Below, piece after piece: positions 11,782 through 22,558 of a stretch of DNA of 64,000 nucleotides. Position 1 is the first letter of the stretch. The number at the start of each line of letters is the position of its first letter. This stretch comes from Macrostomum hystrix. Its lineage: Eukaryota > Animalia > Platyhelminthes. The translations under genes were made by a program, and so were the position numbers. The stretch is from NCBI GenBank assembly GCA_950097015.1, contig CATNEN010000038.1, positions 6,076,001-6,140,000 on the forward strand, written 5' to 3'. Below the pieces are notes generated by a model. It was not told the DNA's origin and ran no database searches. It was given only the letters and a program-made list of their open reading frames with translations.

Positions 11782-12339
11782 AGAAATACTTGTCAAGTTG
11801 ATATTAATCTGAATTGTTAGACGAAAAAACTATACTCTACTTTAATGCACTGTACCACTCAATACCGTGTTTTTTGCATTTCTTTATCTCTCACTTACTT
11901 CTCATTTATGGCAGCAATGTTTACGCGCCTAACATGCGAAAAAAGAGTTTTTCGCTGACGTTTCTTTTTTTACCACTCTGATTGATTTTAACGCACTGAA
12001 TATTGTTTTTACCCTCATGTTTTTATTTTGTTGCAGGGCTCTTCTATACAAAGAATGTCATGATTTTAGTTTTTGCAACTAAAATAACTTTTTGCCTCTT
12101 TACAAATATGAATTTAATTTATGGAAGCATATAGCATCGGTGTCCGAGAGGCAAGACACTTATTCACAGTTATTAATGTGCGCTATGCATAAAGCCAAGT
12201 ACATTGGAGGAACAACGCACCTCGATATTGAGCATGATCCAACTGTACACTTACGGGCTTGTCGTCACAGAGTGCTTTTCGTATTCATTCGCCCTCCTCC
12301 AGGCGGCGATGGCACAGTCGTTGCCGAAATCCGTCATCA

Positions 12340-13840
12340 GATGGGTTAGACCCATGTCTAGTTAATTCTGGGAGAATGCTTCGTGGTTTTCCTTCATCAA
12401 GTCGATGATCGTTTCTCTCTGATATTTGAAGAGATCTGATTCATTGCTGACTTCCTCAATCCACGAATTCTTAACCGTCTGGGTCCGGTTCACTTTAGCT
12501 GCGGGTTCAGATTCTGTCTGCTCTTGGAAGTGTAGAGTGCAGAATTACGGTAATATTTATTTTAACCAAACATGCGCTAACTGCTCTACTCATCCGCTTA
12601 GTAGCAGCCATAGACTGTTCTGTACCCCACTTAACAAGTGCGCGAGGCCCAGCACCTCGCAAATATATTCATCTTCTTGCGTTCCCTTCAGCTTCTCGCA
12701 TTAGCAACTTAGTTACAAGCTATCGCGGCTTTTAAACGAAAGCAAGAATGAGCGCAATAAAGTTCAGCGACATGATCAAGCAATTTGATGGCGACGAAGA
12801 TTTCTCGCAATGGGCTCAGAAACTGGAGCTTGTCGCTAAGCTGCTGAAGATCACCGACCTGCAGGGCTTCCTTTCTACCACTCTTCCTAACGGGCGGTTC
12901 CTTTGCCGTCTACCCAGGCCTAGACGAAGCCAGCAAGACTAACTACAAGACGCTCAGAGCAGCCTTGGTTCTGCGTTCAGCCTCAACAAGTTTAAGGCCT
13001 TTGACGCGTTCGTCTCCCGAAGACTGGGTCCTGGGGAGTCAGTGGATGTTTTTCTGGCCGACCTGACAAGGCTGGCACGCCTGGTCGACGAGATGCCCGG
13101 AGACGAATGGATAAAGTGTGCGTTCATTCGCGGTCCACCCGGCGCAGTGAGTCAGCAGTTAGTCGCATCTTGCTCACTGGAAGTATGGAGATCTCCGTAA
13201 TTGTTGAAAAGGCGCGAAGCCTCATGATCGATCGTGATTTCTGCTGCGTCGGAGCCGAGAACGCTAAGGGCGCATAGAAAGCTGTTCGACGCAACAAGAT
13301 CACCTGCTATTCGTGCGGCAAGGAGGGTCATCTCAGCCGTGAATGCCAGAGTCGCAGGAACCGTACTAGACAGAGCTCCTACGTCTGTGGAAACACCGGC
13401 TACGTGGGCGATCATTCTTTTCTTGAGTGAGACTCTTGTTATCTTCTTCTGTTTGCTGATTTCCAGCTTCTGTTTCTCCATCAGTTCTTCCAGATTTGTT
13501 TGCTGATCATCACTCAGCTCGTACTCATCAATCGGACTCCATTCTTATGCGACATATGCCAAGCGGCTTCAATTCTCTTTTGCATACGCCTCGCCTCTGG
13601 CTGGTTGGGCAAAGATGAACTTTTATCTGGTGTCTTCTGTGTCACACCTTTGGTCAAATGCGGTTAACCAGGTTCTGATATCCTGGCTTGGGGTGTATTC
13701 TAACATGCCTTATCGGGCCTAACTCCAAACGATTCCTTAACTATTCAGCCAACAGTCCAATTGCATCGTTAATTCCAGCCATCTTGGTTTCTTTAAATGT
13801 GTGTTGAACTGAATTTCGAATCCTTCAACCGCTATCACCA
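12340..13840 (-). mobile_element. Highly deleted Gypsy LTR-retrotransposon relic (PBS, gag start, pol linker), interrupted by a plus-strand gag fragment
   Basis: Minus strand: PBS-like tggtgatagcggttgaaggattcgaa (13815-13840, resembling the complement of a tRNA-Leu 3' end). ATG at 13782 gives MAGINDAIGLL...HPSQDIRTWLTAFDQRC. 12340-12530 reads YQRETIIDLMKENHEAFSQN*LDMGLTHL, the pre-RT 'FS..DLG.T.l' motif. Confidence 0.6.
12748..13412 (+). mobile_element. Degenerate Gypsy-type gag with CCHC zinc knuckle
   Basis: MSAIKFSDMIKQFDGDEDFSQWAQKLELVAKL...; RRLGPGESVDVFLADLTRLARLV...IKCAFIRG; CYSCGKEGHLSREC at 13305-13346. Frameshifted. Confidence 0.8.
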
Positions 13841-13882
13841 AGTACGTTTGAATGTAGGGCTCTTTTATAGTAACTAAGTAGA

Positions 13883-14027
13883 GAGGTTGTAGCCTAGTGG
13901 TTAGGGCGTCGGACTCACGACTTAAAGGTCGGGGGTTCGATTCCCGACTCTACTGGAACAATTTGTGTCCTTTAGCAAGACACTTATCTCTAGGGTATTG
14001 CCTTAGTTCACCCAGCTGTTAAATGGG
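13883..14027 (+). mobile_element. tRNA-derived SINE with CORE-like central domain, 3' truncated
   Basis: A box tagcctagtgg and B box ggttcgattccc, followed by gtgtcctttagcaagacacttatctc...ccttagttcacccagctgttaaatggg, which resembles the CORE-SINE consensus. Related copy at 42457. Confidence 0.75.
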
Positions 14028-15404
14028 TGCCATGATTAACTCGCGCTACGCACGTACTCACTCGGTCTTGCGAGATCTATGCTTATTTAATCAGTAGGAA
14101 GTATTCTTTCTGTGAATATTTACTGATTTGAGCGTCTGATTAAAGACATAAAAAAAGAATTATATATTTATCTAAATATTTTGTTAATCCTTTTGAGCTT
14201 CTAAGTATTGTCTTAGAAATTGCGCAATTCATTACGGTTCGTACTACAATTCACCGCCATTAGCAGTTGTTCGTGTTAAAGCGCTAGGGCCTATTGCATC
14301 CGGTTTTTGGTCGATCGAAAATCGGTAGGCCTACCTTAGTTTAATCTCAAATGTATAATACTTGTCTCGAAAGCCTCGAAAATAGTTGTGTTTTACGTTA
14401 CGCTAGTCAACGGACTCTTTTTGTAGACAACATTTTTTGTCAACAGTTTTTTATTTTAAAAGCATTTTTATTTTTGTGAATTTATTTTTGTTAGTGTTGT
14501 AGTGCTATTTCTTAGATGTTTTTCCATCCACTGCACGTTCTTTATTTCTTTTAATTTGCCAAATTATAGGGAAGAATAACACTTATTGTTTAATTTAATT
14601 ATTAATTCATTTCATTTCAGTGAATCATAAGTGCTTGAGTGGTAATACACTTTAACCTACTCGTAGAATTACTCATCATTTATATATTATTCGCTATGTC
14701 CAGTCTTCAAAGGCTTCCAGTGCATCAGAGCATTCGAAGGTTTACCAGTCAGACACAAGGTGATTTCTCTCACTTATTAGGCCTACTTTATCCTTTTAAC
14801 CAAATCTTTCTTTCTGTATTATATTTTGACCAATCACCTATTACTTTCATAACCAAGTCCAAATTACTGACACAAACACAGCATATTAAATGAAAAAACT
14901 TATTAAAACTGCTAGGCTAATACCACATAGATTTTTTTGAACATCTGACTTGGGGACCATTAGTTTTTGTTGGATAGCCAAAGCACATGTATATCAGTAT
15001 ATGAGTATATATACTAGATATCTACTAGATGATAGGGTAATGTATCATCAACCGAACAGTGTATCTTCAAAACCAAACAAGAATTTTGCCTCTTTCCTTG
15101 GTCTTGTGCAAGACAGAAACAAGCTATTGTATTTCACAGAACAACTATTTTGAATGTCAATGAAATTATTTACAAGCTAAGGCATGAGATGCAATATAGC
15201 ATTAAAAGGAAAGAAAGATATGGATGTTTCAGTAGAAATTTTTATTGCAAAAGCATACTTTTTAACAACATTTTTTCAGTATGTACTTTAGACGAAGATT
15301 GTATGTGGTTGCTTGCCAATTAAATGACCATAAATGTAGTTATTTATAGAGCATGAAAAATGTTTTCAAATGACATAATTCATGATAGTTCACTCCTTAA
15401 AATA

Positions 15405-16048
15405 GGGTAATGTATCATCAACCAAACAAGAATGTGTATTTTTTTTAATTCAAACCTAAGCTACAGATTTTCTATTTAAGATATGATGATAAATCAAAAG
15501 CCAAGTTATAGAAAACAGTTACATCTTTCTAAAAAGTATCTGCTTTTGCTATTTTATCAAATAGAAAAAAAAGTTATTCCTGCTTTTTATCTAAAACTGA
15601 ACAATGATTTTAATGTATCTTCAAACCAAACAGAGAATTTGATGTTTGGTTTTACAATTTGAGTGAGTGGTTTAATCTTATTTTAAGGAGTGAACTATCA
15701 TGAATTATGTCATTTGAAAGCATTTTTCATGCTCTATAAATAACTACATTTATGGTCATTTAATTGGCAAGCAACCACATACAATCTTCATCTAAAGTGC
15801 ATACTGAAAAAATGTTGTTAAAAAGTATGCTTTTGCAATAAAAATTTCTTCTGAAACATCAATATCTTTCTTTCCTCTTAATGCTTCATTGCACATCATG
15901 TCTCAGCTTGTAGATAATTTCTTCAACTTTCAAATTAGTTGTTCTGTGAAACACAATAGCTTGTTTCTGTCTGGCACGAGACCAAGGAAGGAGTCAAAAT
16001 TCTTGTTCGGTTTTGAAGATACACTGTTCGGTTGATGATACATTACCC
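15405..16048 (+). mobile_element. Inner MITE copy (644 bp) inserted in opposite orientation into a TA of the outer copy
   Basis: The outer target ttaaaaTAagattaaacc is split as aaaaTA[gggtaa...ttaccc]TAagatt, giving a TA duplication. Confidence 0.85.
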
Positions 16049-16860
16049 TAAGATTAAACCACTCACTCAAATTTTAAAACCAAACATCAAATTCTCTGTT
16101 TGGTTTGAAGATACATGAAAATCATTGTTCGGTTTTCGATAAAAAACATAAATAACTTTTTTCTATTTGACAAAATAGCAAAAGCAGATACTTTTTAGAA
16201 AGATGTAACTGTTTTCTATAACTTGGCTTTTGATTTATCATCTATATATATAAAAGTGAAAACTCTGTCTGTCTGTCTGTCTGTCTGTGTGCAACCTTTT
16301 GTCTTTATAGACGCCGAAACCGCTCAACCAAATCGCACCAAACTTTGCACATACCTAAAACCACCTACGCTGAGTGCAATAGGCTACTCAAATTCCCGAA
16401 AAATCATTTCCTTCCTGCTCAAAAGTGCAAAAAACTGCTCAAAAATCGTCAAAAAATCACTCAATTCGACATATCGTTGCCCCACTTTGTCAGATTTTCT
16501 CCAAATTTGATCCACTTACACTTTACATGTTTTCCAACAATGCTGTCATTTTTGAACATCTCTACTCAATCCAGAGCAAAGCTGCATCATCTCAAAGTGA
16601 GTCACTTTTTGTTTTCCGAGGACAGCCACCCCAACTCCCCTCCGCCACTCTGCGGGCCAAATTTTATTACAGCCACCCCCTCCCTTCCCCGGGCGCCGAA
16701 GCCCCAGACTGTACATTGTATTTCAAGTACACAGCCCAAACCCCTAGACTGTCTACTGGCCCCCAAGCAGCACTGAGACTGAGTGCGGTGAGTGCGGTGG
16801 CGTCCCAGTGCGCAGGGCTCTCCGGTCGATATTTCTCTCCAGCCAGCCTATTTATCTCGA

Positions 16861-17487
16861 TATGCTGACGTTGACTGGCTGTCAGAGAGGGCAATTCTGT
16901 GTCTTAGAAATGATGCCGCCAACGAAATTAACTACCAACTGCTTCAGGAGTTGCCAGGTGCAGTTTTCACCTACAAGTCAATTGATACAACGTTGACTGA
17001 TGACACCGCTGTGGAGTATCCTGTTGAGTTTCTGAACTCTCTAGATCCTCCTGGAACTCCATCGCACAACTTGCAGCTGAAAGTTGGGGCACCAATTATG
17101 CTTCTCCGCAACCTGAATGCGCCAAGGCTGTGTAACGGCACCAGACTGATAGTCAGGCGGCTCTTCCCACACGTGATTGAGGCCACGATAATGACTGGAT
17201 CTGGCAGAGGAGAGTCTGTGTTCGTTCCCCGGATTCCAATTATCCCCACGGACCTGCCATTTCAGTTCAAGCGACTGCAGTTCCCTGTGAGAGTGTGCTT
17301 TGCGATGACTATTAACAAGGCTCAGGGACAGTCGCTGAAGGTGGCTGGCATCAACCTGGAGACTCCTTGCTTCTCGCATGGGCAGCTTTATGTCGCCTGC
17401 TCCCGTGTTGGAACTCCAGCTGGCCTATTCATTTTCGCACCAAGGGGAAGAACGAAGAATGTGGTGTATCCCCAGGCCTTGAGGTGA
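16861..17487 (+). pseudogene. Helitron RepHel Pif1-family helicase, C-terminal fragment only
   Basis: WLSERAILCLRN, EFLNSL..G.P.H.L.LKVGAPIMLLRNL...LCNGTRL, FKRLQFPVRVCFAMTINKAQGQSL, FSHGQLYVACSRV, TKNVVY. No Rep domain or helicase N-terminus. Confidence 0.9.
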
Positions 17488-17639
17488 CTCGCAAGCAATT
17501 AATAGAAAAGTAGTCACGAATTGACCTTGACCTGTCTAACTCTGAACTCTGAAACAGTTTAATTTTGTTTCTTTGACATTGTTATTGTTATGCCATGGCT
17601 ATTTTCCTTATGTATACGCGTGTACATGCATACTGTATA

Positions 17640-17914
17640 CAGAGGCAGATTTAGGGGGGGGGCGGGGGGGCAGTCGCCCCCCTAAATTTTAATCATGGGA
17701 ATAAGATGCCCCCACCAGGGGCGCCAGTCGCAGCACTGGCGCCCCTTTTTCGGACGCTGGCGCCCCTTTTTCAGCCGCTGGCTCCCGTTTTTCAGCCGCT
17801 GGCGCCCTTTCTTGGCTCCTGGCGCCCTTTTTCGGCCGCTGGCACCCCCTCTGTGATTCTCATGGCGCTCCCCTGACAGACCGCCCCAAAACAAAATTCC
17901 TGGATCTGCCACTG
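17640..17914. mobile_element. hAT-type MITE (275 bp) nested in the Helitron
   Basis: TIR cagaggcagat / atctgccactg; 8-bp TSD actgtata at 17632-17639 and 17915-17922; internal gcgcccctttt repeats. Confidence 0.85.
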
Positions 17915-18667
17915 ACTGTATAGAGGAGTGGCTAAGAGACATGTTTCTAAAGAAGTAATCAAGAGGGGGCTGTTTGGACAAACTTTTCACTTATTTTTTA
18001 CTTAAAACGCCCTTAAACAAACTCTTCACTTTTCATTCATGCAGTAAATAAATAGATGGTGACCTTCACTATAAAGTTAATACAGAGACGTGAATTGCTT
18101 ACTGCTTTGCTTTAAATTTCTGCCCCAAAAACAACGGGCAAAAAAAGCTAGTCATATCTACAATAGAAAATCTGTAGCTTAGGTTTGAAGTTAGAAAAAA
18201 TGCATATTCTTGTTTGGTTGATGATACATTACCCTAGCCTACTAGATAGTCACATAAAACATTAAAACAAAATTTGTAGCAATTAAACTAAAAGAAAAGC
18301 TCCACTTCTTTTATTTTGTTTCTGAGAAAATACTATATGACAAAATTTGTTGGTTATTATTGATTATTGAAAATTATTGCTAGTAATTCAGTCAAATAAG
18401 ATATTATAATAATAACAAGATAAAATTACAATAAATTAAATTTTACTTTTAAACAACCGTTGAGAAGTTGATAAATGTTGACAACTCAAATAATAACTAA
18501 ATCAGTAAATAGAGAATGGTTTAAAGGCAGAGATTGCTTACCCCTTTATGTATTTTATCAATACCCAATGGGGAAATAATTATAGGCTACTGGTGGCTCA
18601 CTAGTTACTGCCACTAGCCTTCCATAAGCACCAAATTCATATTCAGATTTTCTAGCTTTTTTTCTAT

Positions 18668-19256
18668 AGATTTTCTATTTAAGATATGATGATAAATCAA
18701 AAGCCAAGTTATAGAAAACAGTTACATCTTTCTAAAAAGTATCTGCTTTTGCTATTTTATCAAATAGAAAAAAAGTTATTCCTGTTTTTTATCTAAAACC
18801 GAACAATGATTTTCATGTATCTTCAAACCAAACAGAGAATTTGATGTTTGGTTTTACAATTTGAGTGAGTGGTTTAATCTTATTTTAAGGAGTGAACTAT
18901 CATGAATTATGTAATTTGAAAGCATTTTTCATGCTCTATAAATAACTACATTTATGGTCATTTAATTGGCAAGCAACCACATACAATCTTTGTCTAAAGT
19001 ACATACTGAAAAAAATGTTGTTATTTAAAAAAGTATGCTTTTGCAATAAAAAATTATACTGAAACATCAATATCTTTCTTTCCTCTTAATGCTTCATTGC
19101 ACATCATGCCTCAGCTTGTAGATAATTTCTTCAACTTTCAAATTAGTTGTTCTGTGAAACACAATAGCTTGTTTCTGTCTTGCACGAGACAAAGGAAGAA
19201 GTCAAAATTCTTGTTCGGTTTTGAAGATACACTGTTCGGTTGATGATACATTACCC
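18668..19256 (+). mobile_element. Third, 5'-truncated copy of the 644-bp MITE
   Basis: Aligns to about 15465-16048 and ends in ggttgatgatacattaccc followed by TA. Confidence 0.85.
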
Positions 19257-19807
19257 TATACAAATTTTTTTTGACCAAAGCAAAAATTAACAATTAACAA
19301 AATCTAAATCAAATTATCCAAAAGTAACTTTTTAAAGGTTTACAATACCCTTTATTTTTCCAAAAACGAAATATTTTTTTCATGTTGCTTTCGAATTTGA
19401 ATGGGCAGGATTTCTTTTTAGAAATTTCAAAAAAAGTTCAATTCAAATCATTGTATTTTATTTATTTTGGTCTCCTGCTGCTACATCCTCTTCTTATCTT
19501 CAGTGGCTTTTTTCCAGGCCCAGATGCTTTGACTACACATAGGCAGTGTGTGCATTCATGGTACTGTTGTTAGTGGCCTCAGCAGCATTAGTGCAAAGAG
19601 AAATTACTTTTCCACATTCTTTGAAAGTGGCCAAAAAGATCCATAGAAGTGGTAAAAAATCTGAATTGATGATTAAAATTAATGCCCAATATTAATTTTG
19701 GACATCAATAGCAAGTGATAATTGAAAATGAATTTTAGTGGTTTAGTAATTAATGCTAGCTCAAGTTTTATTAGAATAGAAACATGATTTTCAGACAAAG
19801 CTCCATT

Positions 19808-20949
19808 ATGAAGCCAGAAAAATCCACTAAAGCAAACGGAATGAAAAATTTCCATGGCAAACAACAAAATCATAAGCGTCAGATTGACACTGGTCGCAAA
19901 GTCCACAAAAGCAGAAGCAACATAGCCCGGGTGGCGGCGCGGGCTGATCCCCAGTTCGCCGCCGCTGCTAAAGAATATCGCAACTTCCTGAAGAGCGAAG
20001 GCCTGCTGGCCCAGTCGGCCGTCTTTGGACGTCGTCGGCATCAGCAGGAGCATCGACAGCGAGATGCTAAGAAGGTAGCCATTGTATTCCCGTGTCTAAC
20101 AAAATGTTCTCCTGTCTAACACGACAGATTCTCGTGTCTAACAAGAGATTCTCATTTCTAACATGTCAGATTCACGTGTCTAAAGTGTCAGATTCTCGTG
20201 TCTAACGTGTCAGATTCTCGTGTCTAACGTGTCAGATTCTCGTGTCTAACATGTCAGATTCTCGTGTCTAACATGTCAGATTCTCGTGTCTAACATGACA
20301 GATTCTCGTGTCTAACATGACAGATTCTCGTGTCTAACATGACAGATTCTCGTGTCTAACATGACAGATTCTCGTGTCTAACATGACAGATTCTCGTGTC
20401 TAACATGACAGATTCTCGTGTCTAACATGACAGATTCTCGTGTCTAACATGACAGATTCTCGTGTCTAACATGTCACATTCACGTGTCTAAAATTTCAGA
20501 TTCTTGTGTCTAACATGACAGATTCTCGTGTCTAACATGTCACATTCACGTGTCTAAAATGTCAGATTCTTGTGTCTAACAGATTAAATTTCTACCATAT
20601 GTCACGAGAATTTAATCTAGACTCTATTATATGGCATTTTACTTTTGATAATTAAATATGTTTTTTAATATGTCTGCAGGATTCAAAGCAGCAGCAGCAG
20701 CATTGGGAGCCTACTGAACCAACTCCGTCCTCTCATCGCGGCAAGTTGGCCCGAATTGAAGCCGCTCAGCGCCAGCGTCATCTCGAGCGTCAGGTGGCCT
20801 CCGAGCAGCGGGCTGGTAGACGGGCCGTCAGGCGGGCGAGCCGGCTTGAGCGCAACTCTGCGATGAGTCGAGTCAATCAGCGCGGCCAGCCAGTTATGCG
20901 GCACCGCGTGCAGCTGCTGCTGGGTCAACTAGAAGCTGCAAATAAATAA
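19808..20949 (+). CDS. CCDC59: Fyv7/TAP26 (CCDC59)-like rRNA-processing protein. Exons about 19808-20074 and 20680-20949; start codon uncertain (19784, 19808 or 19841)
   Basis: Basic, coiled-coil protein ending SRVNQRGQPVMRHRVQLLLGQLE, matching the family C-terminal 'kGQPvm...i..LL.kI' motif. Phase-0 intron AAG|gtagcc...ctgcag|GAT keeps the frame. Confidence 0.65.
20105..20582. repeat. Intronic 22-bp minisatellite (cagattctcgtgtctaacatg[a/t])n
   Basis: Direct tandem copies. Confidence 0.95.
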
Positions 20950-21174
20950 TTGTTACCATCCGCTCATCCGTATTCTTCAGCCTTATCCGTCTGCAAATTA
21001 ACTTGCATTTCTTCCAACAGAACTATCCCTAAATACATATACCGATTGTGTGCCCGGAAATTTTTATATGGTTGGCTGGCAACTATTCCAAGTTATTTTC
21101 CACAAATAACTCCTAATTATGAGGTCTCAAGTTTGAATCACAGTCCAGAGCAGATAATTAATAACAATAATTTC

Positions 21175-21320
21175 AAGAGGGCTGCGGGCGATGGCATTTC
21201 ATTTGGTGACACTAGACCCGCAGCCAGCGAGGAGGCAATTCTGCCCATTCTACCAATTTACAGACGGTGTGTACATCTTCCCTGACGTTCTCATTGTCAG
21301 GCAATGTACTGCCATTTCAC
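21175..21320. repeat. Dispersed repeat; inverted homolog at about 30260-30430 in DHX8 intron 2
   Basis: tcatttggtgacactagacccgcagccagcgaggaggcaattctgc is present in reverse complement at about 30360-30405. Confidence 0.85.
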
Positions 21321-21576
21321 TGGCAGTACCTTGGTGCGAGAGGCAAACGCACCAACGAAGTGGCGGGTTAGGTGTCAGTTTTATGTATCTTTACATAAAG
21401 TTTGAAAATGCTAAAAGGGCTTCTAGAAAGTGACCATTTGTCACCGTGTTGTCGCATTCCAGATGTCCCAGACGCCACCGTGGCGTTGCTGCAGCTTCGG
21501 CTAAAGAGTTTAACCTAATAAAAAAGCAATCACTAAGCAATTCTACTAACAGTCGATTGACAAACTGAACAGAGAA

Positions 21577-22527
21577 ATGTCCGACTACTTCGATTTTCCT
21601 AGCGCCCCTGTTTTAGACCGTGAGGAGGGCACCATGGATGACGGTCTTAACGACGAGACATTCGGCTTGGCCGCCGAGGCCACGGACTGGGAGGCCGAGC
21701 ACGAGAGGCTGGCCGGCCTCGAGGGCGGCTTGGAAGAGGACGGAGAATTCGTTGAATTCAGCGGCTTGGATGACGATGAGGAAGAGGCTGTCAGCGATGT
21801 TGGTAGCCGGGACTCAATTGGCGCCGCCGCAATGCACCTGCCATCGGCCTATCAGCAGCAGCTAGAGGAGCTGCAGCGTCAGCACGAGCTGCAGTTTCAA
21901 CAACAGCAGAAGCACTTTCAGCAACAGCATCATCATCAGCAGCAGCATGTGCAGCTGCCGGCCAAGGTCGCCGCACCAAATCTCGGCGGCGAAATCGATG
22001 AGTTTCCGCTAGAAGATTTGAATGCCTTCTGCGACCGTCTGGTTGTTGACTCTGACGACGAGCTTGATGATCCATCCATCATTACCGCGTCTAAAAACCG
22101 GCCAATGCGGCCAAGGAATAGCTCGAGCGCCACTTACTCGCCAGCTGCTGCGGGCCCTCCAAATGTGCAGCAACAGCAGCAGCCAATGCCGTTGCCCCCA
22201 CCGCCGCCTGGCCACCTTAATGGCCCGTCATTTCCTTCACCGCCGGCTGCTTGGGCAGCTGCAATCGCTGCAAATTTGAGTCGTCTTCCGCCGCATCAGC
22301 AGCAACAGGCGGCAGCTGCGGCGGCCGCGGCAGCAGCTGCGTCTGGTATGATGCCTGGGGGCTTGCCAGCCACGGATCCGGGCGCGCTGCTCAGAAACTT
22401 TGCTATGGCCGCTGCCATGGCCGCTGCCAAGCAGCAGCAACAGCATCCGCAGCATCTGCCGCAACCGCTTATTCCACCGGCTCACCTATTACAGCAGCTG
22501 CTGCAGTCAGTAAGCATTGGTGGACCT

Positions 22528-22558
<31 letters not shown>

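Larger units (their letters stand above)
16241..18151 (+). mobile_element. Non-autonomous Helitron (1911 bp) with a Pif1-helicase C-terminal remnant
   Basis: 5' TC (tctatatatataaaag), 3' CTAG preceded by the hairpin tgccc-N10-gggca (18121-18140). Inserted between A and T of the host MITE (ttatca|tcatatc) with no TSD. Confidence 0.92.
15035..18234 (-). mobile_element. Non-autonomous TIR element (MITE, about 645 bp when inserts are removed), outer copy, carrying a self-insertion and a Helitron
   Basis: TIR gggtaatgtatcatcaacc / ggttgatgatacattaccc flanked by TA. Sequence is the reverse complement of the inner copy once the inserts are removed. Confidence 0.85.

Noticed and set aside
13883-13962. 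Functional tRNA gene
   Set aside because: No proper acceptor stem, and it continues into a CORE-like SINE body.
21200-21216. SP6 promoter-like atttggtgacactag (vector contamination)
   Set aside because: Imperfect match, embedded in a genomic repeat that has a diverged second copy.
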